Source of the DNA: an uncultured Mycoplasmatota bacterium
GTDB lineage: Bacteria; Bacillota_I; Bacilli_A; RF39; UBA660
DNA: 55,659 nucleotides
Direction: 5' to 3'
NCBI GenBank assembly: GCA_946629885.1
Contig: CAMOYI010000038.1
Coordinates: 1 to 55,659, forward strand
Of the stretch, positions 47,126-55,659 are shown one piece after another. Each line of letters begins with the position of its first letter. The first letter of the stretch is position 1. Below the pieces are notes generated by a model that saw only the letters and a program-made list of their open reading frames with translations, did no database searches and had not been told where the DNA came from. Position numbers and translations under genes: made by a program.

Positions 47126-48535
47126 GTGATGAAGATGTTTGAAGAACAACTATTGGGCAATACAGCATCAAGCGATAACAATAAAAATGAAAACAACTCA
47201 ACAAATACAGCTTCTATCTCACAAGAACGAGAATTTATTTCAGATTTGGAAAATGTTCCAACATTTGATTACGAAAATATCCCTATAGTAGATATAGTAA
47301 ACGATATGATAGTTGATTCTATTAAAAGAGGAGCTTCTGATATACATTTCGATCCTTTCGATACTGGAATACACATAAGAATTAGAATTGACGGCGATTT
47401 ACATAACTATACGCTTGTACCTCTATCGATGAAAAAAAACATGATTACTCGTGTAAAGATCATCTCTAATATGAACATAACTGAATCGAGACTACCTCAG
47501 GATGGCGCAATAAAGGGATTGATTGAAAACTATAACGTGGATTTACGTGTATCGTGCCTACCTACCAATTTGGGTGAAAAGATAGTTATACGTATTTTGG
47601 ATTATTCTATGAGTAGTGCCGGATTAGAAAATTTGGGCTTTTCGAAAGAAAATCTAGTATTAGTAAATAGGATGTTAGCGATACCTAACGGGATTATATT
47701 GGTAACTGGTGCAACTGGTAGTGGTAAATCTACAACGGTTTATTCAATGTTACAAAAGTTGAACACTGAAAATAGAAACTTAATAACTGTAGAAGACCCA
47801 ATAGAGATGAACATCGATGGAATCAATCAAGTACAAGTAAATAGCGAAATAGGAATGACTTTTGGTTCGGCTTTAAGGAGTATTTTACGTCAGGACCCGG
47901 ATATAATAATGATCGGTGAAATACGTGACTCTGAGACGGCAAAGATCGCAGTACGAAGCGCTATTACAGGTCACTTAGTTCTATCTACTGTTCACACAAA
48001 TGATTCACTTAACACTATTGAAAGACTTCTTGATATGGATGTAGAAAGATATTTATTGGGTGCTGCTATCTCAGGTATTATTTCACAGAAGTTAGCAAGA
48101 AAGCTGTGTGATAATTGTAAAAAATTGCGCCCTACTACAGACTACGAGAAACTAGTATTTAAAAAGAACTTGGGACTAGATGTAAACGAAATATATGAAG
48201 CTAAGGGATGCTCTAAATGTACAAACGGATATAGAGGTAGAATACCAGTTCATGAAGTATTGTTAATCAATCAGGAAATAAAAGATGCCATATCACAGGG
48301 ATGGCCAAAGTCAAAACTAAGAGAACTCGTATTTTCAGAAAATTCTCACATAACGTCTCTATTGCAGGACGGGTTAAAAAAAATTCTTACTGGAACTACC
48401 ACTTTCGATGAAATATTAAGACTAGTCGAATTAGATGATGAAGAAATGAATTCGTATGAGCCTGTCGATTGCAATACAAAAGATGTCGAAGATAATAGTA
48501 ATGATGAAAAAGAATTAGAAACATTTACTTTCTAA
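47126..48535 (+). CDS. GspE/PilB/ComGA-family secretion ATPase
   Basis: Contains ILVTGATGSGKSTT (Walker A), Asp-box, IIMIGEIRD (Walker B) and a His-box (GHLVLSTVHTND). The tetracysteine motif is CDNCKK...CSKCTNGYRGR. The start is ambiguous among GTG 47126, ATG 47129 and ATG 47135. Confidence 0.88.
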   Translation: MMKMFEEQLLGNTASSDNNKNENNSTNTASISQEREFISDLENVPTFDYENIPIVDIVNDMIVDSIKRGASDIHFDPFDTGIHIRIRIDGDLHNYTLVPLSMKKNMITRVKIISNMNITESRLPQDGAIKGLIENYNVDLRVSCLPTNLGEKIVIRILDYSMSSAGLENLGFSKENLVLVNRMLAIPNGIILVTGATGSGKSTTVYSMLQKLNTENRNLITVEDPIEMNIDGINQVQVNSEIGMTFGSALRSILRQDPDIIMIGEIRDSETAKIAVRSAITGHLVLSTVHTNDSLNTIERLLDMDVERYLLGAAISGIISQKLARKLCDNCKKLRPTTDYEKLVFKKNLGLDVNEIYEAKGCSKCTNGYRGRIPVHEVLLINQEIKDAISQGWPKSKLRELVFSENSHITSLLQDGLKKILTGTTTFDEILRLVELDDEEMNSYEPVDCNTKDVEDNSNDEKELETFTF

Positions 48536-49787
48536 TTCTTTTTTTAGTTATGATTGTTGCCGTTTCAAATTTAAAATTTATCTTAGAGATATAATCCTTA
48601 TATTTTTTATAACTAAACTCGTTTATTATATCTACCTTGTTTACTTTTTTACAAAATCTACTATACATCGGGTATGAAGTGAACACTCGATATATTTGAT
48701 CACATTTTCTTATCTCTCCAACAAGGAAATCTTTTTTCTCTAATTCAAAGTTTGCTCTTTTTGTTTTTTTATCACTGAGCAATTCCTCGACGCGTTTAAT
48801 AGATGGCTTTGCCTTATGTGTTTCATATGAAAGAGTAATATCACAGTAGCCGTTAAAGTAATCACTAGATGACGATATACCTCCTATAACATACTTCCCT
48901 TTTATTAACTCCTGTACCTCTGGTCTAGAAGATCTTAATTTTTCGCTAAGGAAAACCGCCAAATAATAATCTTGCTCTAGCATCGATAAACTTTCATCCA
49001 TAGGTATCTTTAAAGACATCGTAACAAAATCGACATCTGTAGGAAAGTTAATTATTTCTAATTCTTTCCTCACACCGATATCTTTTTTATACGGATATTC
49101 TTCAAGTTTATTTGGATGCTTTTTATCTCGGTAATACTTTTCTAAAAGTCTATGTGTCTTGGCGATATCGATATTACCTGCAACGATGATATACTTATTT
49201 TCATCGTTATAATATGCTTTATAGCAAGTTATTACTTCATCTAAAGTAATCGAACTAGTAGTTTCTACTGATCCTAATACATTATTATTAACTGGAACTG
49301 GATCATATGAAACGTGAAGATTATGTCTGTTATTACTTCTTGCAATCTGATATCTATTATCATTTTCGTTAATTAATTCCTGACAAATGGCTTTTTTAAC
49401 TTTTTCGACATTATCATCACTAAATACTGGCTCTTCTATCATACTAATCAATTCGATAAGGGAATTATATATATTTCTTTTAGAATCTATTCCGACAAAG
49501 TAATATGTAGTTAAGTCTGGATATGTTAATCCATTTGCCGCGTAGTTTTTGTCATAATATCTTAGAAGCATATTCCCATTCTTACTAGTCTCTATTAAAT
49601 AGTGTTCTAAGAAATGTGCCATAGCAGGATTTACTTCAAATGACTGTCCATCATAAATAAACTTATCGTAAAAACCATCTGTTCCATAATTTACATTTAC
49701 AGAAGCATACACTCTTTTTAGAGTCTTATCACTATAGTAGTAAACTGTTATACCATTGGATAATTTTTTTTCTATGAATTCTTGCAT
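48525..49787 (-). CDS. M16 (pitrilysin/insulinase) family zinc peptidase
   Basis: AMAHFLEHYLIE contains the inverted HxxEH zinc motif. 420 aa. The 3' end overlaps the convergent ATPase gene by 11 nt. Confidence 0.8.
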   Translation of the reverse strand: MQEFIEKKLSNGITVYYYSDKTLKRVYASVNVNYGTDGFYDKFIYDGQSFEVNPAMAHFLEHYLIETSKNGNMLLRYYDKNYAANGLTYPDLTTYYFVGIDSKRNIYNSLIELISMIEEPVFSDDNVEKVKKAICQELINENDNRYQIARSNNRHNLHVSYDPVPVNNNVLGSVETTSSITLDEVITCYKAYYNDENKYIIVAGNIDIAKTHRLLEKYYRDKKHPNKLEEYPYKKDIGVRKELEIINFPTDVDFVTMSLKIPMDESLSMLEQDYYLAVFLSEKLRSSRPEVQELIKGKYVIGGISSSSDYFNGYCDITLSYETHKAKPSIKRVEELLSDKKTKRANFELEKKDFLVGEIRKCDQIYRVFTSYPMYSRFCKKVNKVDIINEFSYKKYKDYISKINFKFETATIITKKRIRK

Positions 49788-51049
49788 TATTTATCACCTC
49801 TATAGATGAATACTGTTACCTTTTCTAATAAATCCAAAGCTCTTATGACATCTTTTTCTTTTATAGACATATATTTTTTAGTATTGACACTCTTCTTTAA
49901 ACGAAATTTAAAGTATTCAGCTTCCATTCTATTAAAGACATTAATATAGGATTCATCTTCTATGTAGTTAGAAATCTTCACTTCTCTTCTACCCTTCGCG
50001 AGCAAATCTTTGATTGTTTTAGTATCTCGCAACCTAGTAAAAATCTCGTCAATTGCTTCAACAGCTTTTTGTTCATTTTCTTTGGATATTTCGGCATTGA
50101 CTTCTAAGACTCCAGTAGTAGATAAAAATCTTGAGTTAGCTTTATAGACGAGTTGATATTCTTCCCTGAGTATCCTATGTAAAAGCATTCCTACTTCATT
50201 TAAACACGAGTTAATTGCCAAAAACAGTTCTCTATCCTTTTTGTCATAGTCCTTAACCCTATAGACAACAGTTAGATACGATGTACTAATCGTCTTGTCG
50301 GAATACTCTATATATTTTGGTACATTGTCAAAATTGATGGAGTAACTGTAGTCTGTATCACACTTATGTATTCTAAAAGGAAAATATTTTTTTACGAGTG
50401 CTAAATCCTTTTTTCTATAATCACCCATGAGATTACACCCGACAAAACAATCCTCAATTAAGTAGGAATGCATATCTATAATATCTTTATCAGTGAAGCT
50501 ATTAACAAAATCAGCATATTCTTTCTTAGAATCGAAATATTCAGTAAGCACAGCTTCTGAGTCCTTATAGACACTCTTTCTAAATTTATTCGAAGCTTTA
50601 ATAGTTGGATATGACAAGTCTGAACCCATTATATCGATTTTTTCTTCGCGCACTTGTTTTAAGGCTTTACTATTTAATAAGCTGTTTGTTTTGTTGATAT
50701 TGTAAAATAAGTCGTGAACGAAGTGTAATGCTCTATCTAAGTATTCTTCTTTTATTTTAGTAGGATCGACAAAGATAATTAATAATTCTACGAATAACTT
50801 TTTTCCCTTATTGTAATTATACATCTTTGTACGTATGCCATAGTTTTCTCTAAATTCTTTATCTAAGGCTTCCTTGGTTTTGTACTTCTTATTAGTTTCT
50901 AAAAGATAATCCAATAACAAGTCGACTAGTACAGCATTTCTTCTCGTATAATCCATCTCAAACATGAATGAGGCTAAAAAGGAAGTATATTTATTGGTTT
51001 TATACATCCTCGCTTTATATCCATTCATATCAACTAAATTTATTTTCAT
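49787..51049 (-). CDS. M16-like peptidase partner subunit (no HxxEH motif, probably non-catalytic)
   Basis: Same size as its downstream M16 neighbour and translationally coupled to it. No zinc motif seen. The pairing is typical of M16B heterodimers. Confidence 0.55.
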   Translation of the reverse strand: MKINLVDMNGYKARMYKTNKYTSFLASFMFEMDYTRRNAVLVDLLLDYLLETNKKYKTKEALDKEFRENYGIRTKMYNYNKGKKLFVELLIIFVDPTKIKEEYLDRALHFVHDLFYNINKTNSLLNSKALKQVREEKIDIMGSDLSYPTIKASNKFRKSVYKDSEAVLTEYFDSKKEYADFVNSFTDKDIIDMHSYLIEDCFVGCNLMGDYRKKDLALVKKYFPFRIHKCDTDYSYSINFDNVPKYIEYSDKTISTSYLTVVYRVKDYDKKDRELFLAINSCLNEVGMLLHRILREEYQLVYKANSRFLSTTGVLEVNAEISKENEQKAVEAIDEIFTRLRDTKTIKDLLAKGRREVKISNYIEDESYINVFNRMEAEYFKFRLKKSVNTKKYMSIKEKDVIRALDLLEKVTVFIYRGDK

Positions 51050-52807
51050 TTACATCACTCTTTTAAACATTTTTTCTATTTCGTATTTGGTAAACTTTAT
51101 TATGGTTGGTCTTCCGTGTGGGCAGTTATATGGGTTATCACATAAAACTAGTTCATTAAGCAGAAATTCTGCCTCGTCCAAAGTAATTCTAGAATTCCCC
51201 TTAATCGATGCTTTGCACGCGATTGTTGCAGCAACTTTATCGTTAAACTTAAGAGGGTCAAAGTGGGTTTCCTCTTCGATTATTGTATCTATTATTGCTT
51301 TGATCGTATCATACTCTTTGTCCTTTTTTACCCAAGAAGGATGTGCACTTATCTTATAAGTATTTAACCCAAATTCATCTATTTCAAAGCCCATATCTCT
51401 AATTAAACTCAAATTGTTATTGATTACTTCGAATTCGCTTTTAGATAGTTCTATAGTAATAGGTACTAACAATGCCATAATATTGTGTGTTATTATTCCC
51501 TTTAATACTTTTTCATAGTTAATTCTTTCCTGAGCAGCGTGCTGATCGATTAAGAATATTCCTTCATTATTTTCTGCGATAATGTATGTACCTAGTGCAA
51601 TACCGACAGGATACAATTCAAGTTTTTTAATGTCTGCATTTTTATTGTTAGAAGAAAATTCCATAGTTACTTGTTCATCTTTTTTTTCTTCAAAAGTTGA
51701 CTTTGAGTAACTAACTTTCTCTTCACTTGTAAATAAACTGGCAGGTAGCCTATTAATTATCTCTTCATCGCAATTTGCATCTTCTTCATCGTTCTCACTC
51801 GTAGAAACAGCTTTCGGTATCAATATAGAGGCATATAGCGCATCTTTTATCGCTCTTATTAACACTTTAGATAACTCGTCCATCTTTGATATTTTAACAT
51901 CTTGTTTTGTTGGATGAATATTTACATCTACTAAAGTCGGATCTGTTTCAATATTGATGATGACTACTGGATATAAATTATCAGGTTTATATGTAGCATA
52001 AGCCTCGTTTATCATTTTGTTAATGTCCATATTTTTAATAACTCTACCATTGATGAATGTCGTCATGTGATTTCTATTACTTCTCAATATAGATGGTTTA
52101 CCTATATAACCGTTAATAGAAAAGTCATCATTGAAAGCCTTTATTGCTAACATGTTTCTACTGATATCTAAACCATATATTTCGTGTATGGTTTTTAGCA
52201 AATCTCCACTACCACTAGTAGAAAAATTTTTGGTGTCATTATTAACTAGTGTAAATGATATTTCAGGTTTAGATAGCGCTAGCTTTTCTAGAAACAAAAC
52301 CACGCTTGCAAGTTCTGAGTTTTCACTTTTCAAAAACTTTAGTCTTGCAGGTGTATTATAAAAGAGGTTTGATACAGTTATAGAAGTACCAACTCTAAAA
52401 GGCGCTACAGAAATATCTAAAACTTCCCCACCTTTAATATGGATAGAACTACTTTCTTTGCCATCACAGGTTTCTAGCCTTACATCACTTACCGAAGCGA
52501 TGGACGGAAGAGCTTCACCTCTAAAGCCTAGAGAGTTTATAAAATATAGATCATCTTCTTTATAAATCTTACTTGTTGCATGCCTTTGAAAGCAATTTTT
52601 GGCATCGACACTATCCATTCCTATTCCATCATCTATAACGGCGATACTTTTTTTTCCAGAATCTACTAATTCAACTTTGATATTTTTACTCTTAGCATCT
52701 ATCGAATTTTCGACTAATTCTTTTACGACACTAGAAACCTTTTCGACGATTTCTCCTGCGGCAATCTTATTGGCAAGATTTTCCCCCATTACTTTGATTT
52801 TACTCAT
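51050..52807 (-). CDS. mutL: DNA mismatch repair protein MutL
   Basis: Starts MSKIKVMGENLANKIAAGEIVE..VVKELVENSIDA, with DDGIGM and GFRGEAL (GHKL ATPase). The C-terminal domain has QHAAQERINYE and CPHGRP. The ATG at 52807 follows GGTGGAG. Confidence 0.93.
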   Translation of the reverse strand: MSKIKVMGENLANKIAAGEIVEKVSSVVKELVENSIDAKSKNIKVELVDSGKKSIAVIDDGIGMDSVDAKNCFQRHATSKIYKEDDLYFINSLGFRGEALPSIASVSDVRLETCDGKESSSIHIKGGEVLDISVAPFRVGTSITVSNLFYNTPARLKFLKSENSELASVVLFLEKLALSKPEISFTLVNNDTKNFSTSGSGDLLKTIHEIYGLDISRNMLAIKAFNDDFSINGYIGKPSILRSNRNHMTTFINGRVIKNMDINKMINEAYATYKPDNLYPVVIINIETDPTLVDVNIHPTKQDVKISKMDELSKVLIRAIKDALYASILIPKAVSTSENDEEDANCDEEIINRLPASLFTSEEKVSYSKSTFEEKKDEQVTMEFSSNNKNADIKKLELYPVGIALGTYIIAENNEGIFLIDQHAAQERINYEKVLKGIITHNIMALLVPITIELSKSEFEVINNNLSLIRDMGFEIDEFGLNTYKISAHPSWVKKDKEYDTIKAIIDTIIEEETHFDPLKFNDKVAATIACKASIKGNSRITLDEAEFLLNELVLCDNPYNCPHGRPTIIKFTKYEIEKMFKRVM

Positions 52808-53759
52808 AAACTCCACCTACTATACTTGGTCGAATATTTATGTATTTCATAAGATCTTGAGGTATAGTTATTTCTATTTCATCGGTAGTTTTAATAAAAC
52901 CAAGCCCGCATATGACAATATCAGAATTGGCACTAACTTTGAAAGTCATACCGATAATTTGTTTATCGTAAAGTCTTTTGATTTCTAAGTTTTTACTAAA
53001 ATAGAAAACTATACTAGACTTATTGGATACTCTAATATTGAATAGATTAGATATCTTATAAGTACACGATTCCTTATTTTGATATGTAATAGGCTTAATC
53101 TCAGTAAGAATATTTGAATCTTTACGTAATTCAAAGTTATCTACCACAAATCCAGGAGAATCGATTATTGTCATTTTATCAAGTTGTACCCTTAGAAAAT
53201 CCATCGTAGTGTTTTCCTTATAACTAGTTGCAATTCTCTTTCTTTTAGAGTCATACTTATCCATTATTGCATTGATAAGGGTGGATTTACCAGCATTGGT
53301 AAGGCCTGTAAAATATATTTCGTCTTTACCGTATAAACTCTTTATAAAAGTATTTAGATTATTCTTGTTGCTAGTAAAAATTATGTCTTCTTTTATTTTA
53401 TATATTTTTCTTAAGTAAGCCCTAATTTGATCGAATGATACATTCTTAGGTATTATATCGCTCTTGCTAACGACTAGAGTTTTTTCTACCTTGATGGATT
53501 TAAATATGTTTATCACGTCATCGAATATATCTATGAAGTCTACTAAAAATACGACATACTTTGCATTTTTATTTAACGTAGAAACTATATCCTTAGTACT
53601 CTTTGGTTCAGTGTTTTTTTCATATTCTCCATAGTGTATCATCTTATAACAGCGCTCACAATACTCGCTCGTATCTATTTTTTCTTCTCTAATATAGCCC
53701 ATTTTTCCAGGGGTTGTACACTGCATTTTTGCTCCACAACCAAAACATACCTTACTCAT
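52800..53759 (-). CDS. yqeH: ribosome biogenesis GTPase YqeH (circularly permuted)
   Basis: N-terminal zinc finger CFGCGAKMQ...CERCYKMIHYG, with permuted G motifs (VVSKSD then GLTNAGKSTLIN then DSPG). The ATG at 53759 follows GGGGGA. The 3' end overlaps the mutL start by 8 nt. Confidence 0.85.
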   Translation of the reverse strand: MSKVCFGCGAKMQCTTPGKMGYIREEKIDTSEYCERCYKMIHYGEYEKNTEPKSTKDIVSTLNKNAKYVVFLVDFIDIFDDVINIFKSIKVEKTLVVSKSDIIPKNVSFDQIRAYLRKIYKIKEDIIFTSNKNNLNTFIKSLYGKDEIYFTGLTNAGKSTLINAIMDKYDSKRKRIATSYKENTTMDFLRVQLDKMTIIDSPGFVVDNFELRKDSNILTEIKPITYQNKESCTYKISNLFNIRVSNKSSIVFYFSKNLEIKRLYDKQIIGMTFKVSANSDIVICGLGFIKTTDEIEITIPQDLMKYINIRPSIVGGVYE

Positions 53760-54273
53760 AGTATTTCCCCCTTTCAAATACACCTTTTCTCGTAAAGTGC
53801 TTTATTATTAGTCTTTCAAAAAATCTATTGATTTTAGTTTTCTTAAAGTCATTTGTACTTATCGGATTAACTAAGATACTAAACATTCCCATCCTATTAG
53901 CACCAAATATGTCAGTGATTAACTGGTCTCCTACACATGCAACTTCTTCAGGTTTGACATTATATAAACTCAATATCTTTTTATATTTGCTTTTAAATGG
54001 TTTTTTAGATGAGCAAGCTGCATCTACAACCAATCCCTCTTTAAATGGTCCAACCCTTTTTTTACCACTATTACTCATAATCACAGGTTTAATACCAATA
54101 AGCTTTATATCGCTAATTAAGTCTTTGAGCTTTTTAGTTGGTTCCGTTTCGCTCACAGGAATTATAGTGTTATCTAAATCGAATAATATAATTTTAACTC
54201 CTGCATTTTTTAGAGCTTCATAATCGATCGAATAAACACTTTTTTGATAAATATCCGGTAAAAATATATACAT
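53752..54273 (-). CDS. yqeG: YqeG-family HAD-IIIA phosphatase
   Basis: Contains ILFDLDNT (HAD motif I), MSNS and VGDQLITDIFGANRMG. It is upstream of yqeH, as in B. subtilis. Confidence 0.85.
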   Translation of the reverse strand: MYIFLPDIYQKSVYSIDYEALKNAGVKIILFDLDNTIIPVSETEPTKKLKDLISDIKLIGIKPVIMSNSGKKRVGPFKEGLVVDAACSSKKPFKSKYKKILSLYNVKPEEVACVGDQLITDIFGANRMGMFSILVNPISTNDFKKTKINRFFERLIIKHFTRKGVFERGKYYE

Positions 54274-54334
54274 AGTATCACTCTTTTTCTTAAAAATAAT
54301 TATATCATAGTTATTTTTTTACCTCAATAAAACC

Positions 54335-54361
54335 AAACAAAAAATTCACATTAAGTGAATT
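54335..54361 (-). terminator. intrinsic terminator after mscL
   Basis: Minus strand reads AATTCAC-TTAAT-GTGAATT followed by TTTTGTTTGGTTTT. Confidence 0.6.
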
Positions 54362-54758
54362 ATTTTTGCTTCTTAAGTAAGTCGCGAATTTCTTCTAATA
54401 GAACGATTTGCTCATCTTTTTTAGCTTCTTCCTTAACTTCTTCTTTCTTCCTCTTTTTAGTTAAAGCAGTGAAGACTTTAAGAAGCATGAATAGAACAAA
54501 TGCCATTATTAGAAAGTTAATAACGCTAGTTACGAAATGTCCCCAATTTAAATATTGGCCACCATATATTTTGATGCGTCCAGCGATTTCAGCACCACCT
54601 ATGCCGTTTATCAATGGATTGATGAAATCATCAGTCAAAGCAGTTATCAATCCTGCAAAAGCAGTACCTATAATGACACCAACTGCCATATCCATGACAT
54701 TTCCTCTTAAGACAAATGCCTTAAAATCTCCCAATAGTTCTTTTACTTTTTTCTTCAT
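54360..54758 (-). CDS. mscL: large-conductance mechanosensitive channel
   Basis: FKAFVLRGNVMDMAVGVIIGTAFAGLITALTDDFINPLI is the MscL signature. 132 aa. Confidence 0.93.
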   Translation of the reverse strand: MKKKVKELLGDFKAFVLRGNVMDMAVGVIIGTAFAGLITALTDDFINPLINGIGGAEIAGRIKIYGGQYLNWGHFVTSVINFLIMAFVLFMLLKVFTALTKKRKKEEVKEEAKKDEQIVLLEEIRDLLKKQK

Positions 54759-54809
54759 AATTCTAGTTCCTTTCTAACCTTATTCTAGCACATTTAAAAT
54801 GTAGAGTCA

Positions 54810-55193
54810 CTAATTAAATGCAAGTTCTACATCTAAATCTTCATCTTTATAGGCTATATACAAAAATATGATGCCACTTATAAAGATTAAGAATGATGCG
54901 ATAAAGGAAAGAGTTACTAATAATTTCTTTTTGTCAGTATCACTTTGTTTTAGTGATTTTACTCCATTATAAGCATCTATCAAGAAGTATCCATAGACTA
55001 TTACGAGTATCGAAAAGATGACTATGATAATTTCCCTATATTTTTTCTTATCTTCCTCATTTTTATAAAGTATATATTTTTTCTCATAGTCATTCGATAT
55101 AAAACTAAAAAGAATAATACCTAAATATATTACCCATATAAAATCTTCAATCGCTATTTCTTTTAGTCTAGAATCACTTTCACTATTCATCAT
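54810..55193 (-). CDS. hypothetical membrane protein (3-4 TM helices)
   Basis: 127 aa, hydrophobic segments separated by charged loops. No motif recognised. Confidence 0.5.
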   Translation of the reverse strand: MMNSESDSRLKEIAIEDFIWVIYLGIILFSFISNDYEKKYILYKNEEDKKKYREIIIVIFSILVIVYGYFLIDAYNGVKSLKQSDTDKKKLLVTLSFIASFLIFISGIIFLYIAYKDEDLDVELAFN

Positions 55194-55212
55194 ACTAAAA
55201 TATATTATTTAT

Positions 55213-55238
55213 GCAAAATAAAAACGACTATTAGTCGC
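55213..55238 (-). terminator. intrinsic terminator after the aquaporin gene
   Basis: Minus strand reads CGAC-TAATA-GTCG followed by TTTTTATTTT. The stem is short. Confidence 0.4.
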
Positions 55239-55659
55239 CTTTATTTAAGTACTTATGAGTTAATGCTGCTAAAAGTGAACCAACCATAGGTGCAACTATG
55301 AATACCCATACCTGTTCTAAAGATTTACCACCAGCTAAAATGGCAGGTGCTAAACTTCTTGCGGGATTGACAGATGTACCAGTTAGTCTTATTCCTAATA
55401 GATGCACAAATGCCAAAGTTAATCCGATGACAATACCAGATACACTTGCATATTTTTCATCGCTAGTAACACCTAATATAGTATAGATGAATACGAACGT
55501 TAAGATGACTTCTACTAGCAATGCACCTAATAGAGATATGCCAGTACTAGATAACTCTAAGAAACCGTTTGTACCTAATGCATCCTTACCAATTCTAGCA
55601 CCTAGTATTAGATACAATAGAAGACTACCTGCTAATGCACCTAGTACTTGAGCTAAAAC
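55231..55659 (-). CDS. MIP-family channel (aquaporin/glycerol facilitator), 5' end outside the window
   Basis: GTSVNPARSLAPAI is the second NPA box. The frame stays open to the window edge (…VLAQVLGALAGSLLLYLILGARIG…), so the codon at 55617 (a TTG) is internal. Confidence 0.85.
   Translation of the reverse strand, partial: VLAQVLGALAGSLLLYLILGARIGKDALGTNGFLELSSTGISLLGALLVEVILTFVFIYTILGVTSDEKYASVSGIVIGLTLAFVHLLGIRLTGTSVNPARSLAPAILAGGKSLEQVWVFIVAPMVGSLLAALTHKYLNKGD

Noticed and set aside
47013-47204. 63-aa minus-strand ORF spanning the region between the ATPase gene and the T-box leader
   Set aside because: It overlaps the consensus promoter and the 5' part of the T-box leader as well as the start of the ATPase gene. 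It has no RBS and an implausible composition.

Overview
Very AT-rich, low-GC Firmicute chromosome segment from a spore-former (spoIIM, spoIVB and spoIIP are present). I cannot name the species from the sequence alone. About 45 of roughly 50 genes lie on the minus strand. The backbone is a chain of housekeeping blocks whose internal order matches Bacillus subtilis: xseB-xseA-nusB; greA-yrrO-yrrN-yrrM(trmR)...mltG-yrzB-ruvX-ireB; ftsK; khpA-rpsP; hemW-lepA; yqxA-spoIIP with divergent rpsT; ruvB-ruvA; obg; valS; mutL; yqeH-yqeG; mscL. Lineage-specific genes sit at the junctions between these blocks, and several have their own promoter-like and terminator-like signals. No rRNA, tRNA, CRISPR array, transposase or integrase was seen. 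Many ORF-track starts were moved downstream after inspecting ribosome-binding sites by hand. Six things deserve a second look. (1) A three-gene cassette of domain-less cytosolic proteins (27.1-30.9 kb) has its own promoter and terminator and is wedged between yqxA and lepA. (2) A 1463-aa protein (33.9-38.3 kb) has a canonical type IV prepilin N-terminus followed by at least 15 cysteine-rich tandem modules, with about 110 Cys by hand count. (3) A T-box leader with a candidate GUU (Val) specifier drives a serpin gene placed immediately upstream of valS. (4) A 771-aa protein is built from three copies of the same module. (5) A degenerate Hanks-type kinase-like gene is inserted in the mltG/ireB neighbourhood. 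(6) A PilB/GspE-type ATPase stands alone, without partner genes. All functional calls come from motif recognition by eye, with no database search.
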